Shown here piece after piece: positions 48,686-61,601 of a stretch of 64,000 bases of DNA; within the stretch, counting starts at the first letter, position 1, and the number at the start of each line of letters is the position of its first letter. The notes under the pieces were generated by a model that worked only from the letters and a program-made list of their open reading frames with translations, did no database searches and was not told where the DNA came from. The DNA is from Callorhinchus milii (Eukaryota), in assembly GCF_018977255.1 (NCBI RefSeq), contig NW_024704742.1, positions 8,000,001 to 8,064,000 on the forward strand. Reading direction: 5' to 3'. The position numbers were made by a program, and so were the translations under genes.

Positions 48686-49817
48686 CTATACAAGGTTAGG
48701 ACAACTTCTACATACAAAAATGTCCTCAGGATGAAACCTGGTACCGTATTTTACTGTATCCTATCCATTGTACCAACTGGGGTAAAAAAAAACGAGGTTT
48801 TACATTTGTGTTCAAAGCTCATTTGACGTTGTGCAGCTCTAATCACATAAGTGTTTTTTAAAGCAAACAAGATCACCAAAGACTCACATGCCAGCTGCTT
48901 ATTGCAGAACTTCTGTATAATGTGGATAACAATTTCAGGAAGAATAAACCATCAATAGTGACTGAATAGCTCCCTTCTCATTTTTGTCCAGAACTCGAGA
49001 TTGAATGTAAAGTGCAGGAACTATACCTGTAGGCAAATTTGCATTTGTGGGTGAGGGTGAATATTCTGTAAGAAAATGAGGCAGCCAATTTGCACACAGT
49101 GGGGTCCCACAAACAGTAAGGAAGCAAATGACTCATTTTATTTGGGGGATTGTTGCCCAGAGCACCAGGAACTTTGCTTTTCAAATAGTGCCATGGGATC
49201 TTTAACCTGAAAAGACAAACAGATTGTCAGTTTAATGTCTCATCCAAAGGATGATAAGGCAGAGTTCTGAGAATGCTGCAGCCTTAACGTTTTCATTGGG
49301 AGGGCACGCTACTTTGGGTAATTGCATACTCCATATAATTGCATGGCATCTCTCCAGGCGCATCTCCACACAATTTGTGCACAGTATTTGCCAATAATAG
49401 AACAACAACAGCTTGCATTTATTAAGCGCCCCTTATGCAAGATGGCATCTTAGAGCACTTGACAGTGGCGGAGCCTGATGCCGAGTGGGGGGAGCGGGGA
49501 GGTCACCTTAGACACGGTCAAAGAGGAAGATTTTCAGTGCGACCTGTAGATGAGGAAGGAAGGAGCAAGGCAGAGGAATTGAGGGAGAACGTTCCAGATT
49601 TTTGACTATCACCAATAACGAAGATCGAAAAATGGTAACTTTCACTTTTTATTTTTGGTCAGTCACACACAGAAACCCATCATCACGCTTAAGAATATCC
49701 AAACCAGTCAGAGAGTTCCAAGCAGGACACCTACACACGGAAATTCCAGTGTTTCGGGGATGGAATTGGAACTCTTATGCTGCTGACCTAATTCCGGATA
49801 ATATTAAGTATAGGTTA

Positions 49818-49928
49818 TAATAATAATAATAATCCTTGCATTTGATATAGCGCTTTTCATGTCAGGAGGACGTCCCAAAGCGCGTCACAGAACACACTGT
49901 AAAGTGAATCGACTGTATATTTGTGGAC
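49818..49928 (-). mobile_element. Young SINE tail fragment
   Basis: (AAT)nCCTTGCATTTGATATAGCGC...GGAGGACGTCCCAAAGCG. Confidence 0.88.
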
Positions 49929-51041
49929 GAAGGTTGACAAGAGCCAAAGCTTAGGGATCCCAGAATGTGTGTTGGATCTAACCATAGTTTGCCATTGAGA
50001 GCATGTTTATTTGTTATTACATGGGATTCAAGTTGTGTTCCTCTACTTGGTCTAAACATTTACCCTGGAGACCACTTTATTTCAAAATGTAAAGTTCTTA
50101 TATTCTTAAATCCGGTTTTCATTTGAAAGACGTTTTTTTGCAGTTCTTAAAAAGAACCGGCCTCCAAATTAAGATTGGATTCAAGAATTTTCCATTCTTT
50201 TAACTGACCCTATTTTACATTTTGAAGCAAAACAATCTTAATAAAAGCTAAGAATAGATGGACTTTCATGCCTTATATTTGTGTACTTAAACCCATTTTC
50301 ATAATTTGCAGGAGTTGGAGAGAAATCAATGTCTGTCAGTAGATATTCACAATATCTTCTTGTAACTGATTAAGATTCAGACAACACCCAGTCTGTATTG
50401 GTAAACCTTTGTATCCATGTACTTTTACAACAATCTTTCTTCATAAGTCAATGTCCTTTGGCAGTGAATCACTCCTAACTAACTTTCCATTGCCTACAAA
50501 TGCAGCTTTGGCTATATTATTTACTGAAAGTCACCTTTGGCTTCATGTTATGCCGTTTGCAAGCTAGGTTAGTATTACTAACCTGAACTCACTGTACAGC
50601 AAGTTAAAATAAAGATATCAGTATTAAATGCAGTCAGAGCTCCTTATATCCAATCCTGGTCATAGCAAATTCCCAGCAATGACTCTTGTAAAATGTGGAA
50701 ATCATTACAATTTAATAATACAAGGAGTCTCCACTTACAGACAGTAATAGCACATGCAGTGGAGGGATAAAGATCTAACGGCTCAGTGGGTACCTCCACA
50801 CAACAGAGAACTGGTGAGTGACAAAGATTCAATCATTAGCTTGTGATGTGTTAACTGATCTCGGCCAGTGTGACAGCGAGGGCATTACAATTGGGTTAAG
50901 GAACAGAATATGTAATCAGAATTGCAATGATTGCTATCCAGTAATCCCTGCTGTAAAGTGCATGTGCGAACTTGGGGGTAGCTGGGGGATAGGTTTAAGC
51001 AAAGCATTGATGAAGCTCACTGTTCAGACTTTCACATAAAG

Positions 51042-51398
51042 GTGGAGTCCTGTAGCTCAGTGGTTAGAGCAAGCGAGAGGACCTGAGTCCGATGCCCAGG
51101 CGGGGCGGAACGTTGGGCAAGTTTCCTTACTCCACACGCCTCTGCTTACCAGGCAGTAATTAGGAACCCGGTTGTTAGTTGATTGTCGGATCGCTTTTCC
51201 GGGTAATAATTCCTTCCAAAAGAAATAAAAATACTTGATTACTCAATCCACGACTTCTGTGCACAATTGGCTGACGTGTTTCGCCCCAAAAATATGCAGT
51301 CAATTTACTTTACAGTATATTCTGTGAAGTGCTTTGAGACGTCTCAAAAACGTGATAACGCGCTGTATCAAATGCAAGGATTATTATTAATATTATTA
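51042..51398 (+). mobile_element. Young SINE, long variant
   Basis: GTGGAGTCCTGTAGCTCAGTGGTTAGAGC...CAGTAATTAGGAACCCGG, followed by the tail. Confidence 0.92.
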
Positions 51399-53899
51399 CT
51401 GGTGACTTTAGTGAGGTACTGATGAGCTGTGGTCTTACCTGTGAAGATCTAATAGAGTGGGTCTCATCACTGTGAAGAAGAGGGCAGTAAGGGAGAAAGC
51501 TGGGAGAGGGCAAAGAGCAAGGAGTAGGTGTTTGGGTCAACACCCCAACAGTGGAGCGGGGGATGGCGGGGGTGAATGGAATAGAGGGGTATGGGAGTTA
51601 CATAATAATAATCCTTACATTTGATACAGCACCTTTCGCATCGGGAGGACGTCCCAAAGCACTTCACTTCGCTGGAAAGAAGTGACATTGGTTGGGACAT
51701 CAGGTAAGGACAGGACCATGCTTGGTTGCGATGCCCCATGGCTGAATAGACCATTGACCATTGACTCATACATGGTGGGCAAGTCAAGCATATTTGCTGT
51801 TGAATCAATACATTCATAAATACAGGCACCGTGAAGATATTATGGAAAAGCCCATTCTAAACAATCAGGGCAGTTAGTGCAAAGAAAGGAGGGCAGCAAA
51901 ATAGTAAGAGGATCACAGAAAAACTAGTGGCACTGAAGAATGAGGAGATTATATAGACTGACTTAGAAAGACCAAAGGGAAGGGCAAAAGAGAGCGTTAA
52001 AAAAAATGTAGATGCAGTTGGAAATTTTATACCTTAGCAGAGACATGAGTAGCAACAACAACAATTACAAAATTACATTTGTATAGCGCCTTTCACTTCG
52101 GGAGGATGTCCCAAGGCGCTGAAGGGAGGATGAGGGATAAGCCAGCAATGAGGGATAGCAGCATTGTCAAGTTTGTACCGAGCACAGCTTTATCTGAGGT
52201 TACATTATAATGAGCTCACACTCACGTTCTGTGCTCTGCCTATTTGTTTTTTCATTGAATGTGCACAAGATTAATACGTTTCCTGTGCTGCCAAAATACT
52301 TTCTCGCAAAATCTGCGCACTGTGCGTTTGCCATTTTAATAAGTAAACACAGCTGCACTAGTTTAAATAAGTTTGAGTAAGCCAGGATGGCAGTGTGGCC
52401 ATAAAGTGGTGGGATAGAGAGTGCTGTTTTGCATGAAGGATGGGACAATGATAAACTGAGCACAATAATGTATTATTGATAAGCTTATGTGTTGAAAGGA
52501 AAACCAGGAACTACTAGATTAAATAACTTGTAATGAAGCATCTCATTTTCTACATTACAAAGAGTAATTATAGTACAAGAGACAATCATTTAATAGACTT
52601 TACTGGATATTTAAATAGAAATAGAAATTTATAAGGAGCAAATTGGAGCTAATGGAATTCACTCTTCCATGTTTTGTATCATTCACGAGTCTTGTCCACT
52701 GAACCAAATCAACAAAGGGAGATGTTAGGAGACTTTTTTTTAACACAGAGGATTGTTAGGACATGGGATGCTCAACTTGGAACAATGGCTGAGACAGAAC
52801 CTGTATTAGCTTTAAATATATTTAAATAGGAGAAGTTTGAAAGGATAATAGGGCAGAGGCAGGAGAGTGAGTCTAAACAAGAAGCTATTTCAGAGAAATA
52901 GCCAGCGCAGACACAAAGGTCTGAATGGCTCTCCTCTGTGCTGTAAATCTCTATGGTTCTATAATTGCCTGATTTTAACCCGTTTTAATAGAAATACCAA
53001 ATTGCAAATGCGGCTTTTTTTTATCACCCCACAATCAAGCCTCACATCAGGGCTTTGAACTCAATCCACGTCTGTTTGTGGGACACTACTGAGCACAATT
53101 GGCTGACACGTTTCACCCACGAAATAAGCAGTTAATTCACTTTATGGCATATTTTGTAAAGCCTTTTGAGGCATCTCAATGACATGATAAAGCACTATAC
53201 CAAGTGCAAGTATTATTATTATTAACAGAACTCCGTCTCTTTCTCTAACCTTCAATATTCAATCTCAACAGCTTCTTACTATTTTATCTTAAGTTTTACT
53301 GAAACTAAGATTAAAATAATAAATTTGTAGTGCCGGGTGTGAATTGGCAATGAAAAGCATTTGATCATGTTGACAGTTCCCCTTTAACTGGCACAAACCT
53401 ATGATTAGGTTTAAATGAACTGCACTTACAGCATGATTAAATCAGTTCTGCATTCCTACATTCATTTTCTCGTAAACAATATTTCAAAGCCGAAATATTT
53501 TGTAAATGAAGTTGGTAATTAGGAACATAGCATCCTGATAGGTTTCCCTGTTCTTTATTACGATAGTATTTTTATCCCGACAAAAACAGCTTCAAAATAC
53601 ACTAAAGGCAGCACCAGTTTGACAGTGTCTTCATCACCATAGCTAGCCAGTAAATAACAATAATTATTTGATGTATTTTATACAGCGCCTCAAGATGTTG
53701 TCTCACAGCACTTCACGGGATTCGCTGTAAAATGCATTGACTGTTTCTTTTGGAAGAAAGTAGGCTAATTTTTTATCCCTTCTATGTGTTATCAGTGCTC
53801 TCTGGCTGATAACAAACTAGGAATGACTTTGATTTGAGGGGGAAGGTACATTTTATCTTTCAAAGGAGTTGTGTACCAGTGCACTGGTAACGTGTATNA

Positions 53900-54093
53900 A
53901 AAAAATTAATAATTTGGTCAGTCAATCCACAACTGTTTGTGAGATACTGCTGTGCGCAATTGGCTGCCACGTTTCACCCACAAAATATGCAGTCAATTCA
54001 CTTTATAGTATATTCTGTGAAGCACTTTGAGACGTTTCAAAGACGTGATAATGCGCTATATCAAATGCAAGGAATATTTATTATTATTATTAT
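53900..54093 (+). mobile_element. Young SINE 3' part
   Basis: Body plus tail. A similar fragment lies at 53060-53223. Confidence 0.88.
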
Positions 54094-55006
54094 TCCTCAA
54101 TATGTTAGACACACTGAAGACAGTTTTATCCAATAGACAGGTGTGGTTACGACGACACCATTTTAGCCACATGCACTAATTTTAGTAGAAACCGTCTTAC
54201 ATACACTTACCCAATACAGGTATGTTTACATGTATATCTACTTAACAAACATCTACTTAACAAAACATTTACCACTATTCACTGCGAAAAATAATGGACA
54301 ACTCTGATTTAAGAAACAGTCTGATACTGTAATGGGTCTGTGGTCTGAAAGGTTTAGATCAAATGAGCCAAAGGGCCTTTTTCATCCAACCTCCTCTTGT
54401 GATCTTGTGGTATTTATCAGTGGAGTCTAACTTTCACTAAAAATAGCTGTCATTTTTGCTAAGTCTTTAAATGGGATTGGTCCATTGTGTGATGGCCCCT
54501 CCAAAGGGAATTGTTCATTTCTGCTTTAGTGTTTGGGGCCACACATTTAAGGAACTGTGATGAGAGTGCTTAAACTCCACGTCACAAAGAACCTTTATAG
54601 CCCAGAGAGAGGATTGTCAACCCATCAGTTTAGGTCGAATTCAAATCCAGACCCTAGAAGTTAAAGGTCAGTCCTGTAACCCCCATATTTCATATCTTTG
54701 TCTGGGAATATTAGTAGAATGAACCTGACATACTGGAAGAAGCTTGAGCTTATAGAATATTATTCGCTTCCAGTTAAGAGTCTAACATTAGCAGTGAAGG
54801 CACCATTACCAACCTTACTCTTTACCCGATGAATCCATGAGAATCAATTTAGTGGTACATTTGATATGTCAGTGAAGCTAAGCCTTACGGCTCATTGACT
54901 GCTGGTTAGCAGAATACTTGCTACTCTAAGTCTTTTCTTTAGTAAAACCATTGTGGGCCCTGAACCCAGTTTCAAGGAAGCACTTTGAGACGTCTCGACG
55001 ACATGA

Positions 55007-55339
55007 TAATAATAATAATCCTTCATTTTGATATAGCACCTCATCACGTCTTCGAGACGTCCCAAAGCACTTCCCAGAATATTCTGTAAAGTGAATTGAC
55101 TGCATACTTTGTGGGCACAACACGGCAGCCAATTGCACACGGTAGTGTCCCACAAACAGTCGTGGATTGAGTGACCAAATTATTATTACCATTTTTTTAA
55201 AGGGATTATTACCCCCGGAAAAGTGATCTGCCAATCGACTAACAACCGGGTTCCTACCCACTGCTGGCTAAACAGAGCCGTGTGGAATAACGAAACTTGC
55301 CCAACGTTTCTCCCTGCCCGGCAATCGAACCCAGGTCCT
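55007..55339 (-). mobile_element. Young SINE, long variant, 5'-truncated, nested in an older plus-strand tail
   Basis: Flanked by TGATAA at 55004-55009 and 55345-55350. Confidence 0.9.
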
Positions 55340-56032
55340 GGGTTTGATAAGGTGCTATATCAAATGTAGCGAGGGTTTATTATTACAATATAATGCAATA
55401 TAAATCCCTATTGTACTCTTTGTCTTGAATGCTTTGCACTTGTAAGAGGTGGAGACCCAGTGGACAGGAGAAGGTTACACTGATAAACCAGAGTGTACAT
55501 CGCATAGAGTCACCGACTCGCTGGGTCAACAGCAGCAGCTGGTGATAGAAATTTCACAGGGGAGCATTCCCCAGAAGGGATGGAATTTTCCTGACTTCGC
55601 TCTGTTGGATCCAGCGGAGAGCGTGGAAGGTCTGCTTAGTTGTTAAATTCCCAGGTTAGCGTTTTAATTTCATCGTCGGGTATTCATTTCAATAGACGTT
55701 TGAAGCATTTTATCACAATTTGCCCTTTCATTAAAAAGCCAATGTCGGACCTACACACGGTGCTTGAATTTTCTCCTGCGCTCCACAACTTAAATGTGCA
55801 GTCAAGTAAAATATCAACCAGACTAATCTTCCAGGCAGGGGAGCTGTGTTTTTTTTTCCTTTAATTCCTGTTTTTCAAATTATAGTAATGCATCCAGTGG
55901 GACACAGCCCTGCTGAATTTAATAGCTAGGCTGAGCGTAAGCATGTAGTGAGAAACACTTGCTGGCAGCTACAAATGGTGAAGGAGAATGTGACCCAAAT
56001 ATATAACTATAAGGCTCCTGAAAGATAAGATT

Positions 56033-56232
56033 AATAATCTTTCATTTGGTATAGTGCCTTATCACATCGCTGAGACGCCTCAAAGCGCTTCACAGAACAT
56101 ACTGTAAAGAGTGACTCTATTTTGTGGGCGAAACTCGATAGCCAAATGCACAGCAGTGTCCCACAGACAATCGTGGATTGAGTGACCTAATTACGATTAT
56201 TATTATTAGTAGTATTTTTGGAGGGATTATTA
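56033..56232 (-). mobile_element. Young SINE 3' part
   Basis: The tail and body match the family. Confidence 0.85.
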
Positions 56233-56748
56233 TATTATTATTAAGCATGGGGGAAGAGGGGAAGGGGGAATGGGGAATTGTTAAGATCATGATTATTAAG
56301 CTCATTAATAATCTGAATAATTTATCAAGATCTTAAAATGATGATTAAGATCATGATAAATTCCAGCAGCCACGCTCCTCGCTTTTCAACCAGCTCGTGA
56401 TAAGTGACAGGAGATGTCACTTGCCAAGATGCCGTCCGGCATGAAGGGTGCTATATAAATGCAATTTGTTGTTGTTGTAATATGTCACTTTATGGGACGC
56501 AACATCTTCCACTGAAAATAGGTCCAGAACCCCAGGTTTGCCTACTATAGGAACATAGGAGTCCAGTCAGCCCATCTTAACACTTTACGACAATCAGAAC
56601 TGATTTTGTAGTCCAATTTTCCTGCCAATTTCTCTCTATTCCTTAATACCCTATTTCCAAATGTGCCTGCCAGCTGCTCCCATGCACAGTAAAACTGGAT
56701 ATTGCTCCTCTGTATAACGCAGGTTGGGATTTTACGGATCTCAACCAT

Positions 56749-57117
56749 TGTAGCTCAGTGGTTAGAGCACTCGCCTCGCAAGCGAGAGGACATGGGTTTG
56801 ATTCCGGGCAGGGCGAAACTTTGGGCAAGTTTCCTTACTCCACACGCCTCTGTCCACCCAGCAGTAAGTAGGAACCCGGTTGTTAGTCAATTGGCGGATC
56901 ACTTTTCCGTTGGGGAAATAATTCCTTCAAAATAAATAGTAATCATTTGGTCACTCAATCCACCACTGTGTGTGGGACGCTGCTGTGCGCAATTGGTTGC
57001 CCCATTTCGCCCACAAAATATACAGTCAATTCACTTCACAGTATATTCTGTGAAGCGCTTTGAGACGTCTCGAAGACGTGAAAAGCGCTATGTCAAATGC
57101 AAGGATTATTATTATTG
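56749..57117 (+). mobile_element. Young SINE, near full-length long variant
   Basis: TGTAGCTCAGTGGTTAGAGCACTCGCCTCGCAAGCGAG...CCACCCAGCAGTAAGTAGGAACCCGG, followed by the tail and (ATT)n. Confidence 0.95.
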
Positions 57118-57342
57118 TTGTGTTATAACAAGGCTTCGCTGTACTTGGTGTAGCAACAGTAATTTTCACTCGAGCTATATTTCCTCTCCAGCTATTTTCA
57201 CCCGACAGGTTAGCAGCTGTTTGCTTCCCACTTGCCACACATCACCTCTCAACAGCAGAGATTCCCACATGGAGCTCTGCTAAACCAGATGTCAATCACC
57301 TGCATGAAAATGCCACACAGTGACTTCCTCTAAGAGATCTGG

Positions 57343-57715
57343 GGAGTCTTGTAGCTTAGTGGTTAGAGCACTCGTCTCAAAGCCAGAAACCTGGGTTTGA
57401 TTCCCAGGCAGGGCAAAAGGTTGGTCAAGCTTCCTTACTCCCCACACCTCTGTTTACCTAGCAGTAAGCTTGAAACCAGTTGTTAATCAATTGGCAGATC
57501 GCTTTTCCGGGGCTAATAAATCCTTCAAAAAAAAATAATAATAAATCAGTCAATCAATCCGCGATTTTTTTGTGGGACGCTGCTGTGCGCAATTGGCTGC
57601 CACGTTTCGTCCACAAAATATGCAGTCAATTCACTACAGTATATTCTGTAAAGCGCTTTGAGACGTCTCGAAGACTTGTTAAAGCGCCATATCAAATGCA
57701 GGGATTGTTGTTATT
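57343..57715 (+). mobile_element. Young SINE, long variant
   Basis: Contains the head, central domain, body and tail. Confidence 0.92.
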
Positions 57716-58417
57716 ATATATTGTGTTTTCCTCCTCTTCCCCCTGAATTTATCGGCTAAGACTGGAACCCTCACCAGCAGATCATTAAAAGATCATAAAA
57801 GCGATTTTTTTTATATTAAAAATCCTCTCCATTTGCATTCTGTCTTGCAACGCTGTGTTCATATTGTCCTGAACAAGAGGTCCTGTGTCAGGCATCCTTG
57901 ACCTTTAAAACTCAAAGTTCATCTAAATTCCTAGAGTAGATGAGATCAGTTGTAAGGGTAAAAGGACAGAAAATTTTGGAAGTTTACAACAGATCAATCG
58001 GAATCTGAAACATATTTTAATATTTCACACGAGATTCTTCAATCACAGAGTGAAGAGATTTTCTACCAGTGTCCTGGCCAACAATTCCTCAAATTAAATT
58101 GGGCATTCTGTTTGTGGAACATTGTTGTAGGCAAATGGGTTGCCGCGTTTGTCTACAAAACACAGTCACTCCACTTTATAGTATATCCTGTGAAGCACTT
58201 TGAGACATATTCCCAGTGTGAAATACATTCGACCAAATGCAAGGGTATTTATTTCAAGCTAACTAACTGAGCTGGCCTGACACTCAAAATAAACAGTCAC
58301 TACACTTTACAGTGAAATCCTGCAAAGTGATTTGAGACATTGTAATAATGTAATAAAATGCTATATCAAATGCAAAGATTTGATTATTTATTAATTATTG
58401 CACATCATGCCAGGCTA

Positions 58418-58883
58418 GCTAAGCACTCTCACCTCAGGTAGATGAGATCAGTTGTAAGGGTAAAAGGACAACCTCCACACAGGAGGTTGTGGGTTCAAGC
58501 CCCACACTGGATCTTGGAACTCACATAGAGACAGTCCACTCCAATTCAGTGCTGGGAGTATGTTTCGTTGTGAGAGATGCCGTCTTTCGGGTGAGACGTT
58601 AAACCTGACGTCCTGTCTGCCTGTTCAGCTGGATGGTCAAGATCCCATCGGATTATTCGAAATAAGAAGGTAGTTTTTCCCGGTGTCCTGGCCAACAATC
58701 CTCCAAATAAAATAGGTCACTCGCTTCCTGGCTGTTTGTGGGACATTGCGGTGACATTGCAAATTGGCTTCAGCGTTTGCCCACAAAACACAGTCACTGC
58801 ACATTACTTTATCCTGTAATGTGCTTTGTGACGTCCTCCCAACATGAGAGGCACTATACCAAATGTAAAGATTATTATTATTA
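58418..58883 (+). mobile_element. Old Deu-domain SINE, near full length, with an insertion in the head
   Basis: AGCACTCTCACCTC[insert]GGTTGTGGGTTCAAGCCC...GAGACGTTAAAC...GATCCCATCGG...CCCGGTGTCCTGGCCAAC, followed by the tail. Confidence 0.85.
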
Positions 58884-61035
58884 TAAACTTGCGTAAAAGC
58901 TACTTTCTCAGTGTCTGTTGCCCTCATTTTATATGTTCAAAATCTTACCACCAATTTATTTCCAATTGAAGTATAGATCTGTGGTTTGAGCTCTGAGGAG
59001 TGTGAACTTCTTTCTTGAATTTTAAGACGTTTTCAGTCGTTAATCAAGAAACTGGGGAACCCAGAACAAACTTTGGAACCTTTCAACTAAAGTGTTTGAA
59101 GAAAAAAGGGATAAAGGAGATAAATTCCTCCCTAAAAAAAGGCCAAGTAAGGACTGGAGCAGGGTGGCTAAGGACAGGAACATTGTAGACTGAGGCTGGG
59201 TCAGTCTAAGGACAATCTCCAAAGCTTGTCTTCGTTAGAATTTGAAAGAACAGTGCCATTATCTCCTGAGGCGAGGACTCCTCTTTGTGCTTAAGTTTTG
59301 ACAGAACAGACTGCACATTCATTCCCCTCTGGATCTCTCTATGTCCTCGTTCTTCTCTGTCATATCGTTAGACTTCAATGAATCTGCAGTTAAAGCTCCT
59401 CAGTCTGGTGACACTCCAATGACAGATAGTTGTCCTCGGCACAGCCACAGTAGGTCAGACAGTGGTAGCGCAACTCGTGTCACCCTCGGTTATCTGCCCC
59501 GCTTTCAGACTCGGGTCATTTGCCCTGACAAAGCACGGTCGCTAAAGCATTAGGCTTTGGGATGAAGCTAAACTGAACTTTAAATAATTGTGCCAGTTTT
59601 AAAGAGAGAGTGTCAATTAATGCAGGTTTATCCACTCTGAAGATCCCAGCAGTTTAACTCGAGCAGCTGTATGACAGAGCACATGTGAGTTGCAAAGGAC
59701 TGTGGCTTGAGATTTGCTCTCCGTGTGAAAATCATCACATCAACTGGGCCGAGAGCAGACCACTAGGTGCTGAAGACCTTCCTGTCTGACTGTGCCAACG
59801 GTCATCTCCCCCCTCTCCCCGGCTCTGCTTCAAGTTCCATGATTGTTAAGCGCTCCGTAAAGCTGCTCCCGTGAAGAGCGCTGTATAAATGCAAGTTGTT
59901 GCTGGTGTAGTTCTTAACGGGGAAGTCCCGAGAAACCGAGAGCACGATGCTGGGCTTCCAACCTGCAGATTGTAGACTCCGCCTGTTGGTGAGATGAATC
60001 CCAGTATTTTTAGGTTTATATAAGCAACGGTACCACAGTGCAGATCCTAGGCAGACATCCATTCCACCATATCTAACCAGTAGGAGAAACACCCACTGAT
60101 TCTAACTCTTCGCAATCTGCTCTTCAGCCATCTTTCTAACTGTTTTAATACCATGATACTTAAGATTTGATATGAATCTCTTATCAGAGGCTGTCTGATA
60201 CGCCATATATACTACAAACACCTCATTTCCCTCAACTGTACTCTCCGTAATATCCCCCAAAATTCAATCATGTTAGTCAAACCTGATCTACCCTTTATGA
60301 GCCTGTGCTGACTATCCTGATCAATTCATTCCCCTCCAGATGTATCCATTTTTCCCTTATAATTTGTGGAACAGAAGACGCAGAAGTTCCTGAAGGTTTT
60401 GTCAGGAAATTGAAGAGGTAATTAGACAGCTATTTGGCAAAGGATTCAGATGAGAAGTATAAAAGATTAAAATAATCCAGAAGCACTTATATTTTTTTTC
60501 AATTTGTATTTGGATATTTTTAACATCACTGAAATAAACAGAACAAATAGAGTGAATTAAACAATATAATTATGGAATTGGGACTATGAGATCATTACTA
60601 ACACTCTTTTTGGGACCTGGCCAGATTTGTGTGTCTGCACAAGCCAATGTTTGAGTCAATGTTAATTGGAACAACGCTAATGTTGAGAAGGACTTTGAAT
60701 GAGGTGAGGAAGGGAGCAAGTTGGAGGGACTCTGGGATGGAGTTCCAGAAAAGGGCGCTATATAAATACAAGTTGTTGTAGAAAGGGGGCAGAAGGCTGA
60801 AAATCCACCTGCCGTGCGCGGGGCAGATACGATGGGGGATATGAAATGAAGCAATCAGTGCTCACTGAGCAAAGTAAGCAACAGGGTCAGTAAGGTTCAA
60901 GGAGGTTGCAAGTGTAGGTTGGGGAGAAACTGTGGATAGATTTGAAGGCATGGTTGGGCTGCAGAGTTCTGGATGAACGGTAGCTTGTGTAGTGAGCACT
61001 AGGGAGTGAAGTGAAATCAGGTGGAGATGCTGCAA

Positions 61036-61572
61036 CTGTATAGGGCCTTGGTGAGACCGCACCGAGGGTACTGTGTGCAGTTTTGGTCTCCTTATTTAAA
61101 AAAGGACATACTTGCGTAGATTCACTCGGTTAGTTCCTGGGATGAAGGGATTGACCTATGAGGATAGGCTGAATAAACTAGGGCTGTATTCTCTAGAGTA
61201 CAGAAGAATTAGGGGGGATCTTATTGAAACATATAAGATTCTTAAAGGGCTGATAAAGTAGACACTGAGGGTCTGTTTCCCCTGGTAGGAGAATCTATAA
61301 CCAGGGGTCACAGTCTTAAAATTAAGGGTCAGCCTTTTAGAACAGAGTTGAGGAAACATTTCTTCACTCAGAGGGTAGTGAATTTATGGAATTTATCTTC
61401 AAGGCTGAGACTGATAGATTTTTTAAAAATAGAGGGATTAGGGGATATGGGGATAGAGCAGGTAATTAGAGTTAGTTCTGAAGATCAGCCATGATCTTAT
61501 CAAATGGCGGGGCACAGGCTCGAGAGGCCGAATGGCCTACTCCTGCTCCTAATTCTTATGTTCTTATGTTCT
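61036..61572 (+). mobile_element. CR1 LINE 3' fragment
   Basis: Closely similar to about 7910-8490 ([32 protein letters not shown]). Ends TCCTGCTCCTAATTCTTATGTTCTTATGTTCTT. Confidence 0.92.
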
Positions 61573-61601
61573 TATTAGTACAAACAAAAGTGAGTGACTA
61601 G

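Noticed and set aside
53874..53898. Perfect 16-bp palindrome TACCAGTGCACTGGTA and an N base at 53898
   Set aside because: It is too short and isolated to interpret, and it lies next to an ambiguous base at a SINE junction, so local assembly quality is uncertain.
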